Part shown: positions 26,340 through 38,270 of the stretch, piece after piece
How positions within the stretch are numbered: the first letter of the stretch is position 1
How the letters are laid out: each line of letters starts with the position of its first letter
DNA from: Octopus vulgaris
Taxonomy: Eukaryota
DNA: 64,000 nucleotides
Direction of reading: 5' to 3'
NCBI GenBank assembly: GCA_951406725.2
Contig: OX597815.1
Coordinates: forward strand, 127,472,001-127,536,000
The notes under the pieces: generated by a model
Databases searched by the model: none
What the model was told of the DNA's origin: nothing
What the model saw: only the letters and a program-made list of their open reading frames with translations
Made by a program: the position numbers and the translations under genes

Positions 26340-28780
26340 GCCTCAAAGATTCCAAGAAGCAGACAAGTCTAGAAAAGGATTTGGAATCTTAAGGGTCCAT
26401 TAAATAATCAGAGATTTAGGGACACTCAAACTGAGAAATTTGAGGAGGAGGTATTACTAACTTGTAACATAGAGGGCACCTAGAAATTACTATGGAACAA
26501 CTTACTGAGTGAAACAAACCAAATCTGTGGCTGGTGCAAATCCCAACCAGATGTAAGTGGTGGAATGATGTTGTAGATAAGGCCATTAGAGTGAAGAAAC
26601 AGGCCCGGAAGGATTGGAATAATGGTAGTAGAAGAGAACTATATCAGGTAGCTAGGAGGGAGGCTAGAAGACAGGTATACTTAGCCAGAGGAGAAGCAGA
26701 AAGGAGGAAGTTTGCCCGTGTTCTATGGTATGAGGACCAAAGGCTTGAGGTTTTTGGTTTACAAGACAGTGCGTTTGCATGGATGATAGCTCACTCGCAA
26801 TTAGTGATCCTGCAAAGAAGGAGGCTTGGAAGTGCCACTATGAAAAGTTGCTAAATGTAAAAATGCATGGGAGAAGGAAAGCCTGCCTAATGTGAACCAA
26901 ACAGAGGGGCTGGCTATCAGATTTGACAGTATCTTAGTTGATAAAGCAATTGAAAATAGGAAGACAAGGTAAGCCCCTGGCCTACCTGGAATCACCACTG
27001 AGATGAATGTCAAAAGTATTTGGTGGCGTGAGATATGACCTATTCACCTGTATAGTTAATGAGGTTGTCCAGAAGAGAGCCATACCCAATGATTAATGTT
27101 GTAGCATTATAGTCAACTGCTACAAAAGCAAAAGTGATACCATAGACAGAACTAATTACTGAGGCATCAAATTACTGGACTAAGTAATGAACGTTACAGA
27201 GAGGATCATAGCTCAATTAATTAGGAAGACAGTTAGATGTAGATAAGATACAGTTTGGATATGTGCCAGGCAAAAGCATCACTGATGCTATCTTCCTGAT
27301 GAAGCAACTGGAGAAGTACTTGGCCAAAACTAAACCTCTGTATCAGGCTTTTGTTGACATGGAAAAAGACTCTAACAGGGTCTCCCACTCCCTTATCCGG
27401 TGGGCAATGCAGAGGCTAGGGATTGATGAGTAGTAGATGATATCCATACAAACCATGTACAAGGGTGCTATCAGTAAGGTGAAAGTCACCAATGAGTATA
27501 GCAAGAAATTTAGTGTACAAGTATGAGTCCACTAGGGATTGGTTCTTAAAGCCCTCTTGTTTATCATAGTCCTCCCAAGCTACAACAGAAGAATTCAAGG
27601 TGGGCTGCCCTTGGGAGTTCCTCTATGCTGATGACCTTGTTCTTATTACTGAATCCCTACCAGAACTAGAGAGGTTTCAGGTTTGGAAGCACAAACTGAA
27701 GTCAAAGGGCCTTAGGATTAATTTAGCAAAGAGTAAAGCCCTAATAGGTAGGTAAACAGACAAATCACAAATCCCTTCAAGGAGACGGCCCTCCTAGATA
27801 TGTAGAAAAGATATAGGTGGAAACTCTATAAGGTATACCAAGTGCACACTATGGATACAAAAGAGGTGCAACAGTATCAGAGGAAGTTTAACAGAGGAAG
27901 TAGTTTTGGGTGTGGCAGATGTATATCTACAATAAACACTAGAAATGTACTGAAAATATACTTCATCAAATACCTGTAGAGATACTTAAAAGTAGTTAAT
28001 AGCTTCTGTTACCCAGGTGACCAAGTCAGCAATTGATGTGGATACCCTGAAAGTGTAGATGCTAAAATACAAATGGGCTAGACAAAGTTCAGAGAACTAA
28101 TTTTGTTGATAATAAAGGGCCTCTCCTCAATAATGAAGTACAGATTGTATGATGCCTGTGTGTGATCAGCCATGCTACATGGTAGTGAAACATAGGCCAT
28201 AACTGCAGAGGAGATGTGAAGGCTTGAAAGAAATAAAGCTAGTATGCTTCACTAGATGTGCAATGTTAGTGTGCATGTATAAGAGAATGTAAGACTCTTA
28301 AGACAAACATAGGGTATAAGGGGCATCAGATGTAGTGTGCAAAAGTGAAGATTGTGCAGGTATGGTCATGTGATGTGGACGCAGACAGCTGCATAAATAA
28401 ATACTGATCTCTAGCATTGGAGAAAAACTGTGGAGGAGGTAGACCCAGGAAGAAGTGGGACATGGTTATGAAATATGGTCTGCAGATGTTAAGTCTCATG
28501 GAGGTGATGACAAGTGACTAAAACTTTTGGTGATTTGCTGTGCTTGAGAAGGCACGTCAAGCTAAGTAACATGTGAAAGGGTCATGCTGGTGACACTTGT
28601 GCTTGTAGCATATAAATGACACTCAGTACATTCAGTGGAGTGATTGGCATTAGGAAAGACATCCATCTGTAGAAACAAGCCAAAACAGACTGAAGCCTGG
28701 TGCAGCTCTCCAAACAGCTCCAGTCAAACCATTTTACCTATGCTAGCATGAAAAACGGACACTAACTGATGATGATATGA
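26340..28780 (+). mobile_element. Degenerate RTE-clade LINE (RT region to 3' tail)
   Basis: WWNDVVDKAI, AFVDMEK, LYADDLVL (~27621), LHGSET and RGRPRKKW motifs with many stops; 3' UTR ends ctgatgatgat. Confidence 0.85.
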
Positions 28781-29616
28781 TGGCAGTTTTTCCTTGTCTG
28801 AAGTTCATGTGGAAGAGTGGTGATATAGACTGAACCTTCGCACCACAAATCTTTTCTCATATCCTGAACTTAGAAGTGTGAGTCACTCCACACATTCTGA
28901 TTGTACTCTCCTCTGTGTGTGTGTGTGTGTGTGTGAGCATGCATGCATGTGTGTGTGTATGTGTGTGCATGCATGTGTGTGTGTGTGAATACTTCAGTGT
29001 TTTTTATCATTGACTGATTGTTTATATGTGCTTAAATACATATTTAGACAGATCTGTAAGTGTGTACATATCAGAACAAAGGTTATTTCAATAGCTGAGT
29101 GTTGATATAAACAAAGATAGGTGAAAATAGTTATAAATCACTAGATTGGAATGTAGAAAGATCTAAAGGAAAGTTAGATAAACCTGTTTAAGATAAATTG
29201 TAACACAATGGTTGAATTGTCCTTAAACAGGATATGTTTTCTTATTTCACCAGCATACTCATGTGATAAAAAATGCTAACAGTTTCATTAATGATAGAAA
29301 ATGGCTATTCAATACAATGGAAGAAACCATTGATAAATGTCAGCAATCTAGTAAATATATATGTATATACACACAATTGAAGCACTTGAAAAATCAGATA
29401 CAGTTGTAATATCTTGGTGGAAAATATTGTCCAGACCCCCACTCCCTTATCTGGTGAACAATGTAGAAAACTAGGGATAGATGAGTGGTTGGTGAGAGCT
29501 GGTGTTGGCTAATTCCACCTGTCATCATATATTTACCATAGAAATCTATGGATGATTTAGCAGAATGCTAATGCATATACAAAAAATTAATATAAGCAGT
29601 TGGATGCAAAATAATG

Positions 29617-29755
29617 AAACCTCCCCATGACTGAATCAAGAATCTCTCAGACTAGACATCTCATTTTGGGTGACTATCACTGATGAAGTGTGCAGTAATA
29701 TGTGAAACAAGACATCTAGTCTGAGAGATTGTTGATTTGGTCATGGGGAGGTTTC
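29617..29755. repeat. Fold-back with ~50-bp arms overlapping a hammerhead-like motif
   Basis: gaaacctccccatgactgaatcaagaatctctcagactaga versus tctagtctgagagattgttgatttggtcatggggaggtttc. Confidence 0.85.
29674..29727 (+). ncRNA. Decayed type I hammerhead ribozyme-like motif (Penelope pLTR type)
   Basis: ctatca-CTGATGA-agtgtg-cagtaa-tatgt-GAAA-caaga-ca-tctag-TC-tgagag: core intact, stems I and III with one mismatch each, stem II eroded. Confidence 0.55.
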
Positions 29756-29864
29756 TTCCCTATCAGCGTGTGTGTATACATTTGTGCCCTTCCTACTGCA
29801 CAAGGAGTATTTTACTCCTATTTCTAGCAATGTAAGTATCTCAGCACCCTTAGTCACATTTAGT

Positions 29865-30098
29865 ATACATAAATACATACATACATACATACATACATAC
29901 ATACATACATTCATACATACATACATACATTACATACATACATTCATTCATTCATACATACATGCATACATACATACATACATACATACATACATACATG
30001 CATTCATACATACATGCATACATACATACATACATACATACATTCATTCATACATACATGCATACATACATACATACATACATGCATACATACATACA

Positions 30099-30127
<29 letters not shown>
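29865..30127. repeat. (ATAC)n microsatellite
   Basis: Directly visible. Confidence 0.95.
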
Positions 30128-30129
<2 letters not shown>

Positions 30130-30769
30130 TAGCTGCCCCTGAGGCATGATATAGTTGCAAAGATTACTTACAATGCTATCTGCCTAAAGGAATGTGATGA
30201 TTTATAAATCATAGGCATGTCAGAACCAGCAGGTATTCACACCTTTAAAAACAAGGAAACACCCCAATAAAAATATCCATTTGGTAGGACAGGGGAAAAA
30301 GTCATGCACTGTTATAGAGGTTATCTGCCCAGCAAATGTGAATGTGCAATCAAAAGTATAGGGAAAAGAGAAGAATTTACGGCAAATTAATATGGAACTT
30401 ACAGCTCTTATAGCCTGAATATGAAGTCTCATTTCTACTTGTCATCACAGGTACATTAATTTATAAACCAACAAATTTGCACAAAACCTAGAAATACTGT
30501 TTCATGGAGAAAGACCAAAAGAAACTGACATGGATTCTCCAAATCCAATATATTAGTGAAGATTTGTAAGACGTTCCAAAATTATCCTTCTGAAATTCTT
30601 ATGTGATTAGAAAAACACACTTGGGTATATGCATCAACAATTCAACCAATACATCAACTCAAACACATATTTACAAACACTGGGAACTCACATAACTCAA
30701 AAAGCTATGTTACTTTGTTAGTGACTAGCTTGAAATCCTCAAGAATTTAAAATAAGCTCAAAGAAAAAG
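30128..30769 (+). mobile_element. Degenerate 3' fragment of an RLE-type non-LTR retrotransposon (copy A)
   Basis: LPLRHDIVAKITYNAI and CTVIEVICPANVNV parallel copy B; flanked by (ATAC)n on both sides. Confidence 0.65.
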
Positions 30770-30872
30770 CATACATACATGCATACATACATACATACAT
30801 ACATACATACATACATACATACATACATACATACATACATACATACATACATACATACATACATACATACAT
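30770..30872. repeat. (ATAC)n microsatellite
   Basis: Directly visible. Confidence 0.95.
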
Positions 30873-31641
30873 AACACTGAAGATATAACACACATCATAA
30901 GTAGTTGTCTGAAAATGTCATCATGGTATTATCCACCAATGAGACATGATGTTGTTGCTAGGACACTCTATAAATCTGTTGGAAAGATAACCAAAGGACA
31001 AAGATATAAGTACCCACAGTATGGTAGAAGCCATAGCCACTCATAATAAAAAGGGGTACTGGTGGAATGTCCCAATGAAGACCTCAATAAAATGTAACCA
31101 CAAAGATTTGATATAATGATTTGGGATAGAGAAGAAAAACTGTGTACAGTTATAGAAATTAGCTGCCCAACAGATGTTAACATAAAGCTGAAGGTCAGTG
31201 AAAAAGAGAACACCTATGCTGAACTATTGAGAAATTTGCTGTTGCCCTACCCAGATTACAAGTTCAGGTTTATACCTGTAATTATTTGGACCCTGGGATT
31301 TGTAATACACTGCCTAAATACCAATCTTGAGAAATTAGGCTCTTAAAGCCAGAAAGGAGAAAGCTAATTCAAACACTACAGATCCAATCAATCACTAGAA
31401 CTGTAAAAATCTGTAAAACTTTCCAGAAGTTTATCATTTAAGTATATATAAGCATGTCTAGATATGCAACTATGTGCATGAGAATACATACATAAAGCAA
31501 AGCATACAAATCTGCACATATACACACATACAAAAATACCCTCTTGTTGATGTTGACATTCCAATGAAGGAGCCTAGGATCTATGTTAGAAACCAGTTCT
31601 TTCTCTATTGGCAAGAAATCTTGAAATAAAACTGTACAATG
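30873..31641 (+). mobile_element. 3' fragment of an RLE-type non-LTR retrotransposon (R4/NeSL/Hero-like; copy B)
   Basis: End of CCHC knuckle HIISSC...RHDVVA, then RLE region DIMIWDREEKLCTVIEISCP...EKENTY...IPVII. The 3' UTR ends aataaaactgtacaatg and runs straight into (ATAC)n. Confidence 0.85.
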
Positions 31642-31778
31642 ACATACATACATACATACATACATACATACACAAATACACACACACACACACATACATA
31701 CATACATACATACATACATACATACATACATACATACATACATACATACACACATACACACATACATACATACATACA
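31642..31778. repeat. (ATAC)n/(AC)n microsatellite
   Basis: Directly visible. Confidence 0.95.
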
Positions 31779-31852
31779 GAGGTCTTCATTCGTCTTCCAT
31801 TTACCAAATCTACTCACTTTGGTCGGCCCTACAGTATAGTAGAAGGCTATAA

Positions 31853-32030
31853 ATCATCATCATCATCATCCTAATCATCATCATCACCACCATCGTTTAA
31901 TGTCTACTTTCCATGCTGTTATGGGTTTAACAGGAGCTGGCCAAGCAGAAGACTGCACCAGATTTCTGTGTGTGCTTTGGCACAATTTTTACAGCAGGAT
32001 GCTCTTCCTAAAACCAACCACCCAGCAGAT
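31853..32030 (-). mobile_element. RTE 3'-tail fragment with (GAT)n end
   Basis: Reverse-complement similarity to 18230-18393. Confidence 0.65.
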
Positions 32031-32091
32031 AACTAGCAAGCTAGATATACATCTATACACACACACATAAGTATATATATCTATCTATCTA

Positions 32092-32132
<41 letters not shown>

Positions 32133-32134
<2 letters not shown>

Positions 32135-32349
32135 CAGCAAATTAAGGAACGGCCACAATAGGCCGTTCAACCCACTAGAAATAACAGCCAAGGCTTCAAC
32201 CGCAAAATAGTAGCAATTCTGTAAATCAGGAGATTTTTTCTGATTTTTTCTCCTGATTTACGGAATTACTACTATTTTGCAGTTGAAGCATTGGCTGTTA
32301 TTTCTAGTGGGTTGAACGGCCTATTGTGGCTGTTCCTTAATTTGCTGTT
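32133..32349. repeat. Fold-back palindrome, ~101-bp arms, 15-bp spacer
   Basis: 32133-32233 versus 32249-32349 with a few mismatches; the left arm abuts (TA)n. Confidence 0.95.
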
Positions 32350-32452
32350 GAATTCATAAATAGTCTCTGACTATTTCCTTTTTTCTCACTAGACCGCTGG
32401 TAGCAAAATAATTTCTGCTGAATTTTTTGCTGCCCTATATTGATTAATTAAG

Positions 32453-32505
<53 letters not shown>

Positions 32506-32938
32506 TAGAGATAGAATAGTGGTACAAGGCACCAATGTTTACTGGATATAGCAGTCAATAATTTTATGACACTATAGTAAAGCTTCGCTGGATATATTCT
32601 GACAAAGATGTGTGTGGGCAGCAAACATAAAAATTTCATCTTACTTCTAAGAAGAACATTAGATAATTGGACAACCCAGAATTGGATAATCTAGTACCTA
32701 GGTTTCAGACTCTTCAAATATGTTTGTTATCGTAAATTTGATTTATAAAAGAAGCACACTCTAAAATATTAGAGCAATAATATATATTTTTAGGAAGTTA
32801 AAAGTTATGGTTGATCATGGAGTGACCATTGGTTTCGCACCTATGAGGTGCTTAGCAGTATAGGCAACTCAGTAGATTCAGATGGCTGAAAGCACATAAC
32901 CATTCTACAGCTGGAGAAAGAATTATATCACAGTAAGT

Positions 32939-34206
32939 TATGAGTAGTTCCTGGCTTTAAGGGTATCATAAAAGGGTAGCATTGTTTTCTTTGCAGGGGA
33001 GGCAGGACAACTATTTAGAAGATATGCAAAAAATCATAATGGTATACAATATATCTTTCTTTTTTTGCAGATTCAATGCATAATGGCAGCTCCTACAGAG
33101 GAGTTTGGTAAATTAAAGCACAGGTGGTTGAGAAATTCCTCTTTTTGCAAGGAAAATGGGTGGTAGAAATCCATGCCAAGATGAAGGAAGTCTTGAAGGA
33201 TGGCTGCCCATCTTACTCCATAGGGCGAATCTAAGTGTCAAGGTTTCAGACTAGTCATCTTAAGGTCACAGATGAACCTTGGTCAGGACCTCCAGCTTCT
33301 GTGACAATAGAGGGCAAAGCCAACACAGTGCACATCATGATTTTTGAGGACCACCAGATTTCTGCTAGAGTCTTAGTGTAAACTCTGAGGATTTCCCATG
33401 AAAGTGTTGGTACACTATCCACAACATTCTAAACATGAGAAAGCTTTTCAGAAAATGGGTGCCAAAATGTTTGAATGCTGATCAGAAATGCATAAGTGTG
33501 ACAACATCAAAGGTGATTTTGGACCATTTGCACCAGGAGATGCTGATTTTATGGCTTATTTAGTCACCATGAATGAAACTTGGCTTCATCATTATGATCC
33601 CCAGGCCAAACAACCATCAACTGAGTGGAATCACAGTGATTCAAGAAGTTTTGAACTCAGAAGTCAGTTGAAAAGATTCCGGCTTCAGTAACCTTGGACA
33701 AAGACAAAGTACCCCTCATAAAATACCGTCCAAAGAGTTGCACCATCAATGCAGAATTCTACATGTGTCTCTATTGGATGAACTGTGTGAAGCTTTGAAT
33801 CAGATATGCCGTAGGAAGCTGAACCATGGTGTCCCATTTTTGCAGGACAATATATCAGTACACAAGTACATGAAATTTTATGGAAAATATGTGACTTTGG
33901 CTTTGAATTGGTAGACCACTCACCTTAATCTCCTGACTTGGCCCCTCCGATTATCAGCTCTTTCCATAACTGAAGAAACATCTCAAGAGAATGAAATTTC
34001 ACTCTAATTCAAAAGTGATCATTGTTACAGCGACCTAGTTGGAGTCCCAAACTTCTGAATTCTTTTATAGGACTTAGATAAACTGAAGGACTGCTACAAT
34101 AAATGTGTCAATCTGAGAAGGGAATATGTTGAATAAAATCATAATTAACTGATCTTCCAGTATTTTCTTTTACCCTAAACTAGAAACTTTTCAGTATCCC
34201 CTTGTA
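32939..34206 (+). mobile_element. Mariner transposon, degenerate
   Basis: WVPKCL, VTMNETWLHHYDP, FLQDN and SPDLAPSDY motifs. The right end taccctaaactagaaacttttcagtatccccttgta partly matches the left agttcctggctttaagggta. Confidence 0.85.
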
Positions 34207-34299
34207 GATTTGTAAACAAACGTATTTGTCCATTTTAGGTTGCTGTGGCTGGGATGGAGTTAACCCCCTTACATCAGCTCCAGCCATGGTGATATTTGA

Positions 34300-34480
34300 A
34301 GGAGCTGTAGCATGCCTACATTGTTTGCTCCCATTTATATAAGCCCCCAGTTGTCCCTTCCTCTTTTAGGTGCCATACATAACTGGCCAGAGGCATGATG
34401 TTGCACCTTTCTGGTATTCTAAATGAGGATTTGTGGTTGTTCAGATATTGCTTAAATGGGAGTGCAGCTGAAATGACATA
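34300..34480 (-). mobile_element. Penelope-like GIY-YIG C-terminal fragment
   Basis: FKQYLNNHKSSF...LASYVWHLKE resembles the PLE motif FKxRYxNHxxSF...LSxYIWxLK. Confidence 0.6.
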
Positions 34481-34694
34481 TTTTTGTCTTTGTATATTGG
34501 ATGTGCTACCGTTAATGTTTCTTTCATTAACTCCAGGTCTGATGTCATTGTTATTGTTGCTGGAGTCACTACCAGTGCTGATATTCCTAGGCATGGTTCT
34601 GACGGTTTCATTGCTGCTGATGTAACAGCCATTTCCAGCTGCAATGTTGGTGTTGCTGCTACCATTGTAACTGTTGGTATTGTTGTCTATGGTG

Positions 34695-34880
34695 AAAATT
34701 TTGGGAGGGAGCCAGTCGATTACATCAATTCCAGTGTTTCACTGATACTTAGTTTATCGACCCCTAAAGGATGAAAGGCAAATTGACCTTGGCAGAATTT
34801 GAACTCAGAATGTAGCAGCAGACAAAATACCTCTAAGCATTTCGCCTGGTATGCTAACAATTCTGCTAGCTCGCCACCTT
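34695..34880 (-). mobile_element. tRNA-derived SINE, second family
   Basis: Minus strand aaggtggcgagctagcagaattgttagc...gagttcaaattctgccaaggtcaatttgcctttcatcc...gtcgataaa. Relatives at ~55090-55190, 56995-57175, 57890-58035 and 58550-58710. Confidence 0.7.
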
Positions 34881-35129
34881 CATCACCTTTAGAAAATGAA
34901 TATTAATACTTTGGGAAGAGAAGAGTATGTTTAAAGTGATTGAACAGATATTAGTAGATCAAGCTAATGCTATTAGCAGATGAAAGTGGATGACAGAATT
35001 GGAGGTAGAAGAGATCCCAAGTGAACTGGAAAAGAAAGACCAGGCAGTAGGAAAGACAAACATCATAAGAGATACAGCTCAAATGAAAGAAGAGTCTAAA
35101 GGAAAAAAATAATAATAGCTCTACCAATA

Positions 35130-37865
35130 AGGAAGAGACAACTGGCACCAGTGACTTAAGTATTTAAGTAAGGAAGATCAGAGGAATTTAGATGGGTTGC
35201 AGGAAGTAATGAGTAAAGAAGTAAGAAAAAGATTGCCAGCATTAAAAGGTACCAACAGAAGGAGCCTGCTACTTATGACTAGGAAAGTAGATTCTGTTAT
35301 CAATTGGACAGATACCAAAAATATAGGAGACACTGACATATTGATCCATGCAGGAGCGATAGTTGTCACCAGAAGATTAGATATCTCACAGGGAAATATT
35401 AAAAAAGGAGCAAATGAGGAAAAACAGTCTACAAAATAAAGCGAAGACTTTAAGACAAAATCTGAGCCAAATAAAAGCCTGGAAAACAAACAAGTTAAGA
35501 AATACAAGATGCAAATATTCCCTCAAGAAACGATACTTAGTCAAAGAGAAAGGATTTGGGACAGTAATAGAAGAGCTGAAACAGCATATCATAGCAGTAT
35601 TAGGCAAGCTCTTCAGATATTAGAAAAGAATAGATCAGTATCAACAGAATAGATTATTTGAGACAGACCAGAGGATATTTTATAACTAAAAATAACTAGT
35701 GGAGAATGAAGTACTGAAGATAAGAAACCTAATGCAGAAGAAGGACCCAGGACCAGATTTAGCTCAAGAGTATTGGCTAAAGAAATTTAGTAGTTTACAC
35801 AGGAGGCTGAGGGAACAACTTCAGGATTGCCTGAATGGAAGAATAATACCAGATTGGATGACTTGAGGGAGAACAATACTCCTTATGATAGAACAAGGGT
35901 AACAGAGGTAGTAATTATAGACCAATCACTTGCTTACCATTAGTGTGGAAACTGTTAACAGGAATGATTTCACGAAGCATTTACGAGGACCCTAACAACC
36001 AGAATTTACTGCCAGAAGAACAGAAAGGTTGCAGCAACTATTATACATAGACAAAGTAGTTCTAAATTAAATAAAAGCAAGAAAGAAAAATCTAACAATA
36101 CCATGGATAGATTAAGTCTATGACATCATCCCACACTCATGGATAAGTGAATGTTTCAGTATATTCAGTATAGCAGACAATATAAGAGAATTAATTAGCT
36201 TTAGCATGAAAAAATGGAAAGTAAATCTCTACTCAGATAACACACTCTTAGAGAAAGTTAATATCAAAATGGAAATTTTCCAGGGCGATTTGCTGACCCC
36301 TTTAATATATGATTCCACTCTGTTTAGTATTAAGGAAGGCAAAGGCAGGGTATCAGCTCAGAAATAGTAAGGGAAAAATTAACCATTTGCTCTAAATGGA
36401 TAATCTGAAGCTTTTTAGTAAGAATGAAAGAGATAGATTCCTTAATACAGACTGTAAGACTATTCAGCAAAGATATAGGCAAGAAATTTGGCATAGATAA
36501 GTCTGCAATATTAATCATAAAATGGGGACAGATAGTCAGCATTGAAAACCTCCAATTACCAGGCGGTTTGACTTTAAAATCATTGAAAGTAGGAGAGAGG
36601 TAGGAGAATTAGAATCTGACAGAGTACTAACTAAAGAAATGGAAACAAAAATTGAAGAGCACATCAGAAGGGTATGGAAGCTAAAGAGGTTAAAGCTAAA
36701 TGGTTTGAAGGCTGTAAATACTTGGGTAGTATCATTACTTAGATATCCAGCAGCTTTTGTAGATTGAATAAAAACTGAATTAGCAAAGCTAGACAGAAGA
36801 ACTAGGAATGGAGCACTCCACCTAAGATCAGGAGTAGCAAGATTATACCTACCTACAAAGGAAGGTGGGAAAGAGTTAATATCAGTAGAAGACTGCATGG
36901 ATTTAGCTAGAGTAGATATAGAATTCTATGTAGGTAATAATGAAGAAAGTTTATGGCAAGCTGCTAGAGTCACCGCAAGATATAGAGAAACCCCAAAACG
37001 CAAACATAGTTAAGAACCAGAAAAAAAGAACAGAAATTGTCTGACTGGCAGAAGAAGATGTTGCATGATAGATTCCCAAAACTAATTGTAGCATGTAGTA
37101 ACAGTGAGACATGGTTATGGTTGCAGAAAGGAAGGCTGAAAAGGGAGACAGAAAGTTTGTTAATAGCAGCACAAGATCAAGCATTAAGGACTAATTGGAT
37201 ATAAGCCAAGATAAACAAAAATCAAGTAGATTCCTAATGTAGGCTATGCAAATCAAAAGAGGAAAGTGTTACTCATATAGCAAGTGAATGTTGCATGCTG
37301 GCACTGAAAGAATAGAAGAAAAGACATGACAATCTAGGGAGAGTAATCCACTAGAAGTTATATAGAAAGTTAGGATTTGAACATACTGATAAATGCTATG
37401 AACATGAACCTAGTAAAGTACAAGCAAGTAAGAAATATAAGATGTTGAAGGATTTTAACATTCAGACAGACAGATTAACAGAGGCTAGAAGGCCTAATTT
37501 AGTAATAGTAGTTAAAGAGAATAGAAAGTGCCAGATAATTGACTTTAGAGTCCCAAATGATTAAAAAAAAATCAATATGAAGGTATAGGAAAAATAGCAA
37601 GGTACAAGGACCTAGCCATTGAATTACAGAGACTATGAAAAGTGCAGGTATATCCCAGTAGTTATAGGTGCATTGGGAACTATCCCTAAAAATTTGAACA
37701 GATGGAAAGAAGAAATAAGCATAAAACACATTTTAGTACAGCTCCTGAAAAAAGTGTTATTAAAGACAGCTAGGATACATAGGCAGCTTCTTGGCATCTA
37801 AGGTTACTTGTTGTAGCCCGATATTAGGATTTGTTTCTTTTCCAATAGTCTAATCTGTTGTGTGT
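35130..37865 (+). mobile_element. Degenerate R4/Dong-like non-LTR retrotransposon (RT + CCHC + RLE)
   Basis: NYRPITCL, YDIIPHSWI, IFQGD, AAQDQALRTN, CRLCKSKEESVTHIASEC, RHDNL, DFNIQTD..EARRP and IPVVIGALG motifs with many stops. Confidence 0.88.
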
Positions 37866-38089
37866 ATATGAATGATAACAATGTTATATCTTTGACAACG
37901 TTGGATTGAGGTAATACCCACTTCAGTATACAGTATGCTTAGCAAAACAAGTAAAGACATGACTATCTCTGACTGCCTACTTTGTACTCTCTCGCACTGT
38001 CTCATACTCTCCTATTTATGGTGAACTCTCATACCACTTGTCACATGGGAGGGATGTACTATTATTACTTATCCCCTATAACAAATAAT

Positions 38090-38220
38090 AATAAAGATTT
38101 TGTGGGACTTACCTATTCAAAGAGACAAAAAGTTACAAAATAATAGACCGAGAATAACAATTATAGACAAGGAAAAACAAAGTTGCTTATTTGATTCCAG
38201 GATTGTAAAGAAAGAGGAAG
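38090..38220 (+). mobile_element. Small RLE-LINE fragment
   Basis: KILWDLPIQRDK...NRPRITIIDKEKQSC. Confidence 0.5.
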
Positions 38221-38225
38221 AAAAC

Positions 38226-38269
<44 letters not shown>

Positions 38270-38270
<1 letters not shown>

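Noticed and set aside
31555-31615. Hammerhead in the RLE element 3' UTR
   Set aside because: Core reads ccaatga rather than ctgatga and stems I-III cannot be formed; more likely an ordinary 3' UTR stem-loop.
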